A DNA stretch of 64,000 bases from Utricularia gibba (Eukaryota > Plantae > Magnoliophyta): NCBI GenBank assembly GCA_002189035.1, contig NEEC01000004.1, positions 3,782,001-3,846,000 of the forward strand, read 5' to 3'. Of the stretch, positions 22,981 to 37,800 are shown one piece after another. Made by a program: the position numbers and the translations under genes. The notes beneath the pieces are model-generated. The model saw only the letters and a list, made by a program, of their open reading frames with translations, was not told where the DNA came from and ran no database searches. Position 1 is the stretch's first letter. Each line of letters opens with the position of its first letter.

Positions 22981-25900
22981 GTTGTTGAGTACTGTCACAC
23001 AAAGGTTCGTCTGACTTTATTTCACAATTCACTTGTTGATTCAGATAAGGAGTGAAGGGAGTGGCAGCATCTCTTGATTCAATCATTCCAAATTTTATCA
23101 ATAGGTCCTCTGTATACTTTCGTTGGCTTAAGAAAATATAATTGTCTTCCCGAATAATTTCCAATCCTAGAATCTACTTAGCCAATCCCAAATCGGTTAG
23201 CTCAAACATTTCTACTAGTTTCCTTTTTTGCTCAGATATCATGTTTTTGTTGTTACCAGTCAATAGAATGTCATCTAAATACAATGCAATTATAGCATTT
23301 CCTACTTCATTGTCTAGAACATAGAGAGTGGTATCGTTTTTGTTTCTTGTGTAGCCCATGTCCAAGAAAAAAATGTCTAGTGTTATACCATTCCTTGGGT
23401 GCTTGTTTCAATTTATAGAGTGACTTTTGTAACTTTAATACCTTTTCTGAGCCGTTTCTAAGAATGAATTCGGGTGAGTTTTATACATAAATATATTCAT
23501 TTAGTTCTCTGTTTAGAAATGTTCTTTTGATGTCTAGATGATGTAGATTCCAATAATCGATGCCTTCTCTTTGCAGATATCCGTTCGCAACAAGCCTTGA
23601 TTTCAGCTTGTTTATTGAACTATCAGGATTGAGTTTAGTCCAAAACACCCATTTGAGGCCGAGAGGCTTGATATCGAAAGGTTTGTCTACTGCAGTCCAT
23701 ACTTGGTGATTTTAAATTGACTTCAATTCATCTTCCATGGACTTCTTCCATGCAGGATCGCACAATACCTCATATAAAGATTCATTGTCATGATCAGATT
23801 CGATAGACATCAGTAAGTCTATCATAACCTCTAATTCGATATTCATCATTGTCATGATCAGATTCATTGAACTGAAAATGAGGAACATAGAGTTCATCGT
23901 TTGTGTTGCTCCCTTCATAAATTATTGGAGGGAGAATCTGAGAGTTTGATTTCATTTTTTGACATGAGATTCTTAAATCAGTTTGAGGTAACAAACCATC
24001 TTCCTGATGTTCAGAAGATGCTGTAATTATGTGATCGGGTCTCACAGGATTGTTTTCATTGTTTTCTACTGAATCAAATATATCCTACTGAATCTTGTGG
24101 AGTGGTCATCATAGTTTGTAACTGTCTCTTTTGCAGTAAGATTATTCTCATTATGGGTACCTATAGAATTTAATATATGAGGAGATTCAGGGACGTAGGG
24201 CTCTGTTAAATTTCTTTGAGAATTTTCATCACTATTTCTGGTATATATGCTATTAATTGGCACTTCATTATCATGTGAAATACTTGGCATTTCTTCACGT
24301 TGAGACATACTTGTATCATGCTCATATAGTCCTTTGGTTGCACTATGATTTTCTTGATCATCAACAGGGAATAAAAATTGAGATCATGAATATATGAAGT
24401 CTCTTTGGTTGGAGTGTCAGGAGTGGGATTCCACTTAAAGGTATGTCCTTCATCGACAACCACATCAGTACATCTTGAAGTAATAACTTTGTTATCTTGA
24501 GGAATAAATATTATGTAGATTTTTTAGGTGTCTGAATATCCAATAAATGCGCCAGTTTGATAGTGATTTTCAAGTTTGTTGTGTTTCTCTTTAGGAACAA
24601 ATACGTAGCATAAAGATCTGAAGGTCTTCAAGTTCTGGAGTTCTGGGACCTTCTTGTGCCATAGTTCAAAGGGAGTTTTTCCTCCAGGTATTCCCTTGAT
24701 GAGAAGTCCATTCAATAAAAACACAGTCGTGTTCACAACCTCTCCCCAAAATTATAGAGGTACGTTGTGTTCCAATTGAAGTCATCTTGTCATATTCATA
24801 ATCATTTGGTTTTTCCTTTTGCAGACTTCATTTTGTTATGGCATATAAGGTACCGTGCACTGGTGAGTGATATCATTCTCATTGCAAATATTCGGGTGTC
24901 AATAGCTTTGTACTCTCCATCATTATCAGTGTGAAGAGTGAGTATCTTCAAGCCACTTTGAGCCTCTACAATTGCCTTGAATATTTTGAAATGTTTTGAA
25001 GCCTCTAACTTTTGTTTCAAAAAGTAAACTCATACGTATTTTGAATAATCATTAGTAAAAATGATGTAATATTTGTTGCCACCTAATGTCATTTCTTTTA
25101 TTTGTCCACGGATATCACTTGAGACCAATTTAAGTTTTGCTCAAAGATTGCTATCCTCCGGTCAAATGAGCTTCTACTCATTTTTCCTTGAAGGGATACA
25201 TGGCAGAGGAGATGATACTCATGTATTTCAGGTAAATCAAGAATGGTACCTTTTGCTTGAGCATTTTTTAGAAGAGACTAATGGTGATGGTCCAATCTTT
25301 TGTGCCATAGGTGAGAGGAATCCATTGTTGCAAAACTAAGATTATGTTAGTTTAATCGAAATGTATGGAAAATAGTCGATTTACCAATGGCACACTTAAT
25401 ACAGTGTACCGATCTTGATCTTTGATAGAACATGTGTGGTCTTCAAGATATACGTTATATTCGTTTTCTATAAGTTGGTCAGCACTCAATAAATTTTGTG
25501 AAGCTTGAGGCACGTGATATACATCTACGATTTTAATGAGTTTTTGATCTATCTCCAAGCAGATAGATCCCTTGCCTTCGACGAAGATAGGTTTTCCATC
25601 TGCAAGAGTAAGTGTTTTTCTTGATATATTTGCATAGGTAATAAACACAGATTTATTGTGAGTTAGGTGGTTGCGGCAAGCGCTGTCAATGAACCATGTG
25701 GTCTTGTGTCTGTGATCAATGAATGCTATAAGTAAAATCTTCCTGCCCTATGAGTAAATAAAAACCTTGGAAAATTTATTTAGATCATCACGTACATCAT
25801 TGGTTTTTCCTTAAATGTTTTCAGCTCTTCAAGAAGTTGTTGTTGGCCAAGCAGAGTGTGCACTACGCATCAGGGTGCCAAAAACAATTCATTGGTAGAT

Positions 25901-28900
25901 GGTTTTTTTGTGCACAATAAGGGCAAGGAAGATGAGGTCCCTTCTCCTTTTTTTTTTCTGCACAAAAAATAGGTGCAATATAGGTTTGATGCTTTTCTCC
26001 TTTGACATCAATTGATGGAAATGAAGCTTTGAATACAGCATCTTGTAAGTTTTCTTCACTGCGAGCCTTTCTTCTACTATCAACATTCTTGAAGTGATTC
26101 AGCAGTTGTTGCAGGTTCAAAGTTTCAAAAAATCATGTGGCTTCAAGTGATTCGATAAGTGCATCAAATTCCCATGGAGTGCTGTGGATAACACGAGCTT
26201 TGAGTTTTCTTTCTTCATGCCCATCCACTTCCTCTCCAAGGCGTTTTAATTTCTCCAGGTTTTTGAGGAGTTGTTCTACACTTGTTGCCACTTCGCCGTC
26301 TTTTATTCTGAAATTGTAGACTTGATTCCATAGCACTTGAATTTCTCTTTGTTTGTCTTCCTTTGTTTCTTCATAAGTTGCTTGCATAGTGATCTAGGGT
26401 TCTCATGGAGGTTTTCTCGTGATGTAACGATATGTGTCTCCGACCACTGCAGATGCAATAACAGCAGTGGCCTGGATTTCCTTTTCATTGTAATCCCTTT
26501 CTGTTGCTAATTTTTCATCAGTTGTGCCTTCAAATATGGGATCTGTAGCAATAATTTTCCAAAGGCCATGAATTCGCAAGTATATCTCTATCTTTTGCGC
26601 TCATATATCATATTCTTTGCCATCAAATAATAGTGGGGATATGTTTGTGACTGACATATTTGTAGCCATGTTGCAGCTGCAAATGAAGATACAATAGAGC
26701 AAAAATAATTTTATGAGGGGGTTAGAAACTTGAGAACAAACCAGAGTGCAGAAGGTTGATCAATGTTGACAAATGTTTCACGTTGGATTCACCATATAAG
26801 CGATATTGATATAATATCTGGTATGAAGTATGAATTTGAGAATGTGGTATGAGAGATATTTGTAATAGGCAAAGCAAATTCTTACAGAATACAAAAGCAT
26901 TTTACAAGAAGAAGCATAGCAGGTACTTTAAGGGCAACGGATAAATGTCCGTTACCTATGAAATAGGTATTAGCCGTTAGAGAGCAATAATTGTGATATA
27001 GACTTCATTTGGGCTTGAAAGGTTCAATCTTGGGCCTGGACAAACATGTTGATTACTATCGGGTTTTTAGTATTGACATATTTAGTTGATGAAGGGTTCA
27101 AAATAATCAATCTCAATTCTCTATTCGCTTTCCTCTTGTCGCCACAATTTGCTCTGAATGACACGCCTCTCTCGGTCAATTTCTTATCTTCATCAGATTA
27201 TTGAAGTTTCTCCTTAGCTCCATGATCACATACCTTCACTAAGAAGCCTTTACATGCAGAAAACTCAACCTTTAGACAAGTAGGAAAATGGGAAACCTCC
27301 AAAAGCGGGAAAAATAAAATAAAATCTCTTACACACGTGCTTCATAGCTTTTTCAGAAACATGAACTGCTCTACAAATGGACCAATGACAAGAAACCCTA
27401 AGCTCAACCTGACAAATGTGGGGTATCTGCACAATCGCCCAACAACTCCAATCTCTAGCTTCAATCCACATAACGCCCCACGTGGGTGTCTGCCAAAGAA
27501 CCAAATAAAAGAAATGGAGAAAGATAGAAAACCCTATACCGCGATGTGGGGCAGAAGAAAGTTTTAGGGAAGTTGCGAGGGAGGATGAACACAAACGACA
27601 TGATAACCTTTAAAATAAAATATTTTAAAAAACAAAACAAAAATGAAATTTTAATTCCATTCGCTTCACTGAAATACACATTTTTTTTGAATTATTTAAC
27701 ATGTTTGATATTGTATTTATTTTATTTTAAACACATTAAAATTCGAATATAATTTTTGGAGAAATAACAATTTTTGTTTTGAAAATTATCAATATATACC
27801 ACTATTGTTTTTTACAAACTTCAATTTTATTACTATTTTTAAATTTTTTTTCCACATCTTCTGATATTTTCAATTATAAATTTGGCTTAATTATTTTAAT
27901 TTAGTCCGATTATGGAAAGTACACGTTATTATTCCCAAATATGATTCATTATATTATTAAAAAAATAATACTACTTTTGAATAATCAAAATTGATGTTAA
28001 TAACAATATTTTTCTGTCGAATAAACCATTTGTGGAAAGAGAAAAAAAAACACTTAAAAATAATTCATCATATTGATATTGAATAGCCGATATTAGTTTC
28101 CAAACATATTATTTTAAATTAAACTGGAATTACTAATTCATAATAAAAATATAAATAGAAGCTTAAAAAAAGTAACAAAATAATTATTGAAACAAATATA
28201 ATATGTGTTGACATTTTTTCACTCCACATTTTTTAAATAATTTGAAATTACGCATTCCAGTGTGCACTTTTGAAGCAGGATGTGTTCCTGCGTTGGGTAT
28301 TGAGAGCAACCACGTGGAATAGGTGCTTTCAAAAAAGGCACTTTCTTGGATGATTATTGTCCATCTAAAGCATCTTTTTTCTTGTCTAAAAACCTAAATA
28401 CTACCTCATTTTCCCCATACGAATTAAAAAGCATCGAAATATATAAGAATACTATCAAAAAACAAATGAAACAAAATACAGGTAGCACTAGATATGGGCA
28501 CGAGTTGACACTTACAGAATAACAATGAATCAGGATAAAACATATAATTAATCGAGTCAGTCAACGAGTTAAACACTTAAATTTGACTCATACCACAAGT
28601 TAATCAGGTTTGAATATTTAAGTTGCAAGCACCATGTGTGCTTTAATCAATGTTTATTATAATTTATGAAAGTAAAGAGCATCCGAATGCACAGTACTAC
28701 GTTTACATTAATCGGTATTTATCATAAATATATATTTATATATTTAAAAAAAATATGAATTGACTCATGTCAAATTCTGATAAAAAAAAATATTTAATTC
28801 GACTCGTAATCAGACGAAGGCTAGGTATGAGTGATTGTATTTCTGGGGACTATATTGAACTCCAGAAATAGCGGTGGGCGTTGCATTGCTGCTTCTCTAT

Positions 28901-31552
28901 GCTGTCCAAATCAATATACGCTTGTCGGCGGGATCGTGTTCAACAACAGCAATACCAGCCACATGTCTACTTATTTTTCTTCTTTCCACACTTGCCACAT
29001 GATTAAAGTAGTAAAAAAAACAACGCAATGACCAATTGATTTATTCTAGAAAATGCTTTTTATAGAAGTAAAAGAAGCACCTCATGCTACATAAAACCGC
29101 TATATTGTTGAAGGTTTGGAATCGTTTATTATTTAATTTTATTTTATGATAGCACATAATTTTTTTAAATCATCTAATTTATTATGAAAGGAAAAAAAAA
29201 CACACACACACACACAATGCAAAAGCAACATGGTGCAGGTCACTTATTAGGACACAAGTGAGCTCGCTTTATGTCACTTGGTGAAATGTAGTGGTTTTCT
29301 AAGATAAGATGATTGCAATAATTCCAAAAGATAGCACAAACGATGTTGTTTTTTTTTTTAACTATTAACAATGTTGGAAATTATTGAATTTTCATGTTTT
29401 TTTTGACAATTTAATTCAAAAATAGTTTATAAAAAATAATATAATTGATGAAAGGATCTCGAATTAATGCCATTCACTAATTATATGATTTGTAAAAAAT
29501 ATTTTTTATTAGCGCGTAACTTAGTTATCCAAAATGATATTATTTATAACATATTATAAATAATGTGTCCAAATACTTGCTTGTTGACATAAAATAAAAA
29601 AATTGAAGTATAGTTTTCACATAATAAGATTGTGCCAAGATTAGATATTAATAAAAATAAATAACAAGAATTAACCCTTTTCTGAAACAAAACTAACAAT
29701 ACTTGATATTTTTTAGTTACTCTAATCATCTTTATTCATAATCAATGTTTTAAATATTGGTAAAATTTTGTGCTTTTATTTCTTTTCAAAATAAAATGTT
29801 GTTGAAATTTCTTTCGAAAATTCAATTATGAATTAAATTCAAGATCCGAAACTGTTTTCGAATAATAATAATCATTTCACACGCGCCATGGCGACACACA
29901 ACATCCCTTAAACCATCTTAACTCACCACTTTGCCCTTTTTTAAGAATATTGTGGGCATGCCTTTCACAAATGCAATCATCTCCAGCATTCATTTACGTC
30001 AAATCAACATCTTACCTTACAAAAGGGCTTACTTCAACATGGACTCCTTTCCAAAAACCAATTCATAAGTCATATTAATAAAATTCATATAAATTTGAAA
30101 GTATTTTTTTAATGATGATTATTATAGAATTAATTCATATTTGAAGATTTAAAAAGTCAGATAGGATTTTTATAAATAATGACATGTTTACTCATATTTA
30201 TTAATAATCATATTTTATAAATTTACTCACCAAATGTATCATCTTAGAAACTTAATCCAAAGAGGGACACAACATAGTGATAGGTAGGGACTCGTCCAAA
30301 CTTTGAAAAAAGAAAATTCTCTGAATTTTTTTCCTTTTTGCAATTTTTTAAGGTTTAAGAATTTTTGTGTCATTTTCAAGATCAGAATTATTATTTTTTT
30401 CATTTTTCTTGCAGAAATGTGAGCGATAAATAAATACGAGATAGGATATTTTTTACGGGGACTGGATAGTTCAGAAAACAAAAAACAAAAAAGCAATGAA
30501 AACCCATTGTTGAATCCTTTTATTTCATGATTGTTATTACCATCTAATACACAATTTTCAATCCAAATATGAAGTGTTTATCCTCTAATAATTTGACGCT
30601 TGGAATAATCAAGGATAGTCCAAGTCCAAGCCAATCGAGAGATAACACTCAAGGTAACAAGTGCCACCGAGTAAGAGACTTGGATTGAAGGAGACAAAGT
30701 TAAATAGTTCACTCGGAAAAAACAACGTTGTGGTGGCTTAGTTGGCCACCGTGTCGGTTGCTTATGATTAAAAAAAAAAAGAGAGATGGATCACTCACGT
30801 TGGAGCGAGGGTTCCAAAGATCCTTAAGATATGTTTTGTTGGATTGATATGAAGCATTTTGGTAGGAAACTAAATATTATTTATATATTTGGTTGATTGG
30901 TTAAATTATGCGTGCATAAAAAACAATATATTGAAATCATGCAAATAATCCTAAAGTAGAGTTGAGTTCTTTTCTATCGTCTGATAAGGATTTTTTTTAT
31001 CCCAAATAAAATTAAACCTATATATTCTCTTCTATTTAACCAAACTGACCCTTAAAAAGAGAGACTATCAAATGTGGAGTGACTCGGTTCACTTGGCGTA
31101 ATGTGAATTTAGAGTGACACCGAGTGAAGAGCGAATTTTGAGGGTAAAAGTATGATATTTAGAGGGTTTGATCTGATTATTTGGTTTTGGATTCTTCTCT
31201 TTTTTTTTCATCTTTCGTTTTTTTGTATATTTTTTAGGGTATTTTTTTCACCAAAACTAGTTGAGACCACATCAAACTAAACTTTGACGGTATTTTATAT
31301 TTTGTTTACTTATTCTCCGTAGAGTTTGGTATTCTTTTCCAAAAATGATGCTGGTACTCTTTTTGCCACAACACAAAGTAATTTTTATTTTTATGCGCAT
31401 GACACGTACTTTTACGCGAAAATGTGACATTAATTGTATCTACCACAATCATGCACTTGCTCAAAGTTCTTTTTATAGGCTCGGACAGGATGCATGTGAA
31501 GCGTGCCACGAGCTTCCACTGTCCTCCCACTTCTCGAACGTGGAAGAAGTTC

Positions 31553-33209
31553 ATGGATCTCGTTCCCAGGATCGGGATCCTGAAGCCATTTCTCTACGTC
31601 CTCCTCATACAACTCGGCAACGCCGGCTTCGCCCTCATCGCCAAGGCGGCGCTAAACGAAGGCTCCAGCCACTATGTCTTCTCCGTCTACAGAAGCGCAG
31701 TCGCTGCTCTCGTTTTGGCCCCTTCGCCTTGATCTTGGACAGGTTCCCAGCCCGTACACATGCTTCTCTCTTTTAGCTACTGTTTTTCCAACTTCTCACT
31801 CTGCGAGCTCTACCACAATTTTAACAGGAAAACCAGGCCAGTGATGACTCTGGGGGCCTTCCTGAAGATCATGTTGCTCGGGTTTCTAGAGTAAGCTATA
31901 AATTACCATTTTTTTTAATTTACATCTCGTGAGATAATTTTGTTGTCGTAAAACAGTCCAGTGGTGGGTCAGAACTTGTTTTTTCAAGGGATGAAGTACA
32001 CCACGCCGACGGTTGCGGCTGCCCTCTGCAATGTCATCCCGGCGCTCACCTTTCTCGTGGCTTCGATGTTTCGGTGAATCCAGAAGCTTCTTAATTATGA
32101 AATATCACAAAACAATAAAAAAATCAGCTTTTTCGATCTCTGATTATCGAAAGCTAAGACCCTTTTGTATGTAACAAGTAGATCGTGTTCTTGACAGGAT
32201 TGAGAAGGTGAATATGAAAAGAATAGCAAGCCATGCAATGATTTTTGGGACGGTGGTGACGTTGGGCGGAGCCATGATGATGACCGTAGTAAATGGGCCT
32301 GTCATCGGACTGCCGTGGACTCACCATGCCCACGGCGGCGCTCCACCTCCATACAACCCCAACGACCGGCCGGATCCGATCAAAGGGGCGGTCATGGTCT
32401 CATCCGGCTGCCTTTGCTACTCCATATTCTTCATCCTTATGGTACCCTTTCTTCTACTAGCATTATTTCTTCAAAGAAAGAAAAAAACAAACTTATTCCA
32501 ATACCATCTACGCAGTCCATCACTTTGAAGACATACTCTTCGGGATTGTCCCTAACTGCGTTGATATGCACCTTGGGCGCCCTGGAAGGGACCGTGGTCA
32601 CCCTAGTGGCCGAGAGAAGGAACACAGCGGTTTGGAAACTAGGCTGGAACCTCAAACTCCTGGCTTACCTATACGGCGTAAGAGCATCCTTTTTCTTTTC
32701 TTTTCTCAACGGCAAGTCTACTGCTCCATCATAACTCGCATCAACATTTCTGGGTTTCGCCGCCGGCGGTGCAGGGAGTCGTGTCATCGGGAGTAACATA
32801 CTACCTTTCCGGAGCGGTCATGAAGAAAAAGGGGCCGGTGTTCTTGACGGCGTTTCAACCTCTAAGCATGATCATCGTCGCCATCCTGAGTTCCTTCGTC
32901 TTTTCAGAGGAGATGTCTACCGGGAAGTAAGCAACCCATTTCAGCCTCTTTTTGCTCCATTATTTTTTCATTCATTCGTTCTCTAGGATTACCGGAGGAT
33001 TGGTGATAGTCATCGGGCTCTACATGGTGGTATGGGGAAGAGAAAAGGGCAGAAAGAGGAGGAGCTTGCCATTGCCCAACACAAATCACCAGAAATCGCC
33101 CCTAAAACCGACAACTTTCCCAAAGACGATGGCGTCGTTTGATTACTCCAAAGCAATGAAGTATTTTCATCTCAGGGTGTATCATGGTGTGTGCACAAGC
33201 GAATTTTAA
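31553..33209 (+). CDS. WAT1-related / UMAMIT (MtN21, EamA) transporter, 7 exons, with a 1-nt deletion near 31720 and a probable second near 33040
   Basis: Exons 31553-31742, 31828-31890, 31957-32073, 32198-32441, 32516-32677, 32775-32926, 32997 onward, all with GT-AG borders. Motifs YVFSVYR, GMKYTTPT, KGPVFLTAFQPL, GLYMVVWG. Exon 1 is 190 nt where 191 is needed. Confidence 0.88.
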
Positions 33210-34853
33210 GTACTTAATAATTTAAAATTACCATATGAATTTGAAATAAATGATTCAATTTGGAACATCACATACATTAGGATTTTTATTTTTACAAATT
33301 TGTACTAAAATCAGAAATAGATATAAATTATTTTTAAAAATAACTTCTATTTATACAAATTATAGGAGTTTTTCATTGTACTTCTGTTTTTATTTATATT
33401 TTCAGCAATTGTGTAGAACAAACCCATAATGCTTGAAAAGCCATGTAAAAAACCAATTCTTGTTCAAAAAATATCTTATATGTTCCAAATTTCCATATAA
33501 TTTCATTTTATCAGAATTAATTCTCGAAAATTGATACAATTTTTATAAATAACTTAGGAGGGTACTTCTAAGAATATTAATTTTTGAGAATTCGGATATA
33601 GATTTACATTGCATCCATATCGTTTATAAAATAATTCCAAATGTTTTCCATTTTTTAATAAATTATTCATTTATAATGTGAAATTATAATATTTAATGAA
33701 AATATATTTAACTATTATAATAATATAAATATAATGTTTATATTCCAAGCATACATTAATTATATAATAACTAATTCTAAATATATATTTATTCTCATTT
33801 TATCAGCGCACTATGACGATTGATTTTTTTCAATCTCACTTTTTTAAGGGCGGAGATTGGTATTTATAAACACAGAAAACATTTTTTCAAAAAAAAGTTT
33901 TTAAATAATTTTATATTATGAAAAAATATTAAACCGTAATTAAATTAAGTCGAATTTAATGGGATCATAATTGGACCATTATTCATGTTTTATATTTTAA
34001 AATAATTCGAATTTAACTCAATCATCATTTTGAACCATTTATATTATGTTTAATCGTGATTTTTTAAACATTGAAAAAAAAAAGAAAACAAAACAAAGTG
34101 CGGGACACAGCCGTACGATCCAGCACACAACTCCATTGCATCCATTGCTTTGTAATAAAGAAAAAGTCACGTTTTGGATGGATTTGGCAATGTATACTAT
34201 TTTTTTTAATTTTGTATTAACGTAATTAATAAATAGATTGAGATTTTACCCTAATTGTGATATTTATAATGAAGTAATCTAATCTAAATGCTTCTTTCAT
34301 ATGATGTTTTAATTTGATTGCTACCAAATACGGTTGGGGATAATTTGTACAAAAATAAGTGATTTGCGAAACATGAATATGATTTGCAGAAATTATTATT
34401 TACGAAAAAAATTATTATTTATCACATATTTAGTATAAAGTTTTATAATTGGAATAATATAAAATATTGTTAAAAAATGGTAAATAAACTTTTTATAAAT
34501 AACTCAAGGCATAATAGTACAAAATATTTCCAAAATGCTCATAATTCAGCATTTTTAAAAAATATTTATGTAAAGTAACAACGAACACTTAGATGAAATA
34601 TGAAAAATAAATAATCAAGGATTATAAGTGATAATTGCAATAAAACGAGTATTATTGTCTTTTGAGCCATACAACTTGCTATGCCCATCTATGATGCGGT
34701 AAAAAATCTCACTCTTTGAGATCAACTTTGAACAACTTCATATTTAAAAGTTGTGATTAGACAATAGTAAAAAATATAATGATTTGCTCAAGAAAGCACT
34801 GAAAATCGTGTACAAAAAAAAAACCACTTGAGCATCAAGGTTTTCGCAAAATT

Positions 34854-37800
34854 TGCTAACAAACAAGAGTAAAGTGCACTTAATGTGCTAACGAAAAATA
34901 GAAGAAAAAACAATTGTGACTGTCCTTTCAATTTATTAGTATACATTAATTTTTACAGACTGATATTTGGAAATTTATGCAAAAGATAACACTCAAAAAA
35001 ACAGCACACACATTCATCATAACTACATCAATTTCTTCATCTTTATTACATCAGTTTTTGTGTGATGATAGAAGCCCCTTTATTCCAACAGTTTTTGATA
35101 ACGATAGGAGCCGCTTAGCTTTCCAGATTAACTTCAACATCCCCCCCTAAGCTGGAGAGTTTCTCCGATCTCAGTAGCTTGTGGAAACGCTCAAATGCAT
35201 GGACCTTTATTGGCTTAGTAAATATGTCAGCAACTTGATCATCTGTCTTCATATTGCACAATTTAACCATCTGGTCTCTCACGCATTCTCTAATAAAATG
35301 GAATTTTGTGCCTATGTGCTTGCTGCATTGGTGAAAAACCAGATTGTATCTAAGAGCCATAGCTGATTTATTATTCACTCCTGCCCTAATAAGATCTTTG
35401 ATAAAAACAAAAAAAACAAAAAACATCAAGCTTCCCAGCACAAAGCTCAACCACAAGGCATAACAAACTGTTGAATTGGCTACGACATGCTCAGCTTCAC
35501 AAGAAGGCAATGTAACCACTGGTTGCTTCTTTGAACTCCAGACAACAGCAGTTTCACCAAAGAAAAACGCTAATCCAGTGGTACTTCAAAAATCATCAAT
35601 ACTCTCAACCCAATCACTATCTGAATATTCTAAAAGTTCAAAATTTTCAGAACACTAATACCACATTCCAAGATCAATTGTACCTTTTAGATATCGAAGA
35701 ATCCTTCTTGCTGCTTTGAAATGAACTTCTTTGGAGTGTTCCATAAATCTGCAAACAAGTCCTACTTCAAACAATACATCTGGACGTATGCTTGCAGTGT
35801 AATTTAAGGAACCAACCATGCTCTTAAAATCTGCAGACAAGTCCTAATGATCCACAAACATATAACGAGTATTCATGTGAGCATTGTGAAAACCCATGAT
35901 CTTTAAAAAAAGCATCAAGTCCATAGAGAGCCTTATATAAACTTCATAACTTTGTTCTCATTTCCAGTTTCCATAAAACCAAGTTGTTGTCTAATATAGA
36001 TATCTTCTCCAAAGATTTCGTTTAAAAATGCAGTCTTAACATCTGTCTATCAGATTTTCCAATGAAATTGAGCTACCAATGCAATAATTAGATGAACAGT
36101 TTCCATTTTTGCCACAAGTGCAAACACTTGGTCATAATCGATCCCTTCCTTTTTGTTTGTAACCTTTGGCAACTAACCTGTCTCTAAACCTATCAATCTC
36201 ACGATTTGCTTAATGTTTTATCTTGTACAGCCATCTTCATCCAATTATTGATTTATCAGTAGGTCTATCTACCAGGCTCCATTTGTTATTCCTTTCAATG
36301 GAGCGAATCTCCTCTTCCATGGCTTTTTAGTCCACAGGTTCAATGTCAATCATCAAACAAAACTGACTAAAATGATTTACCTCTTGGTAATATTCATCTC
36401 TATGTCCAAGAACATCCACAACATAATCCTCAAAATGATGTGGAAGTCTCCTAATTCTGATTTCTCTTACAACTGCTGCAGGGTTCGTGTCTTTCTTGAT
36501 CATTCGTCATTGATTATGTATCATCAATATCAAAGAAAGAGTTATTGACAAAGGTATATTCATTTCCATCATCATTCCAATCCCATTGTTCAACTTTATT
36601 GAAGATGACATCGCTGCTTAAATGTATCTCCTTCTTAATAGGATTAAATAACATGTATTGCTTGGAATTTTGGTTATATCCCAAGAATATTAGCTTTTTG
36701 AATTTATCATCCCGCTTCTTGTGCAGTAAATCATGCTTATTAACATAACCTATGTAGTAAAATACCTTCATGTATGCCACTAATGGTTTGATTCTAGTGA
36801 ATGCTTCTTGTGGAGTCATCTTTTTTAAATTTCTTGCTACACAATGGTTTAGGATTATACAACAACAACAGCTGTATCACCCCAAAATTCTTTTGGCACA
36901 TTTTTGGCTTTCAAAAGGCTTCTAATCATATCCAAAATGGTTCTATTTCTCCTCTCCACAATATCATTCTACTATGGCATTCTTACTGCTGAGAATTCAT
37001 GATGAATACCATTATTTTCGCAGTATGCTTTAAATTGATTTGACGTATAGACTCCTTCTCAATCAGTTCGTAATCTCTAAATAAATGCTCTTGACCTTCT
37101 TTCAACCATAGGCTGAAATTAAACAAAAGTTTAAAACACATCATACTCTTTTTTGAGAAGATATATCCAGCATTTCCAATTAAAATTATTAATGAACAAC
37201 ATGAAATAGTTGTTTCCTCTCACTATTGAGAGCTTGATGGGTCCACACACATCACTATGAATCAATTCTAGTGGACAACTTGCATGAAATTCCCTTAACT
37301 TTGGGATCTCTGAGCGTGGTTGCTACCCAAAGATACAAGTTTCACAAACAGTTTGTGGGTTCTCAATTTGTAGGAGCCCTCTCATCATTCAAATTCTACT
37401 CATTAGCTTGAGCTGCTCAAATTCACATGACCAAATCTCATATGCCAGGTGCACCCTTCCTTGTCATAACATGTCTTAAGATATCAGGAGATAACCACTC
37501 ACAAGTCCATTGAGAACATTCTATTGGGTAGCATGTTAACAGACACCACTACTTGTTTTTCTTCATCCTTCATGATCAATTGTCTCTTGCCCGATAGAAA
37601 GATATACCCCTTTTCTACGAATTGTCCCAAACTAAGGATGTTGTTTTTTAAACTTGGAACATATTAGGCATCAAAAATAGCCATGTACTTACCATTTCAT
37701 ATTTGAAAAATCATTGAACAAATTCCATTGACAGACAATTATGTGGCATCTCCAAGAGAGATTGACCCTCTATGGTCCTTTCTCAAACCAAAAAATAAGT

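Larger units (their letters stand above)
18904..27238 (-). mobile_element. Full-length but degenerate Ty1/Copia LTR retrotransposon carrying a nested hAT
   Basis: LTRs 18904-19338 and 26795-27238 (roughly 85-90 percent identical by eye). TSD CTAAG at 18899-18903 and 27239-27243. PPT TCAAGGAGGAA. gag, zinc knuckle (CPYCAQKNH), integrase (LHTDNDGEY, KTPFELW), RT (YLDDILLTG) and RNase H (DADFASD, SSTEAEY) remnants. Confidence 0.93.

Noticed and set aside
28831-29031. Minus-strand VAGIAVVEHD.. resembling a LINE RNase H-like fragment
   Set aside because: Too short and degenerate to call.
30610-30700. Short TCCAAGTC/GACTTGGA inverted pair suggesting a miRNA hairpin
   Set aside because: Only 8 bp pair and no known mature miRNA is recognisable.
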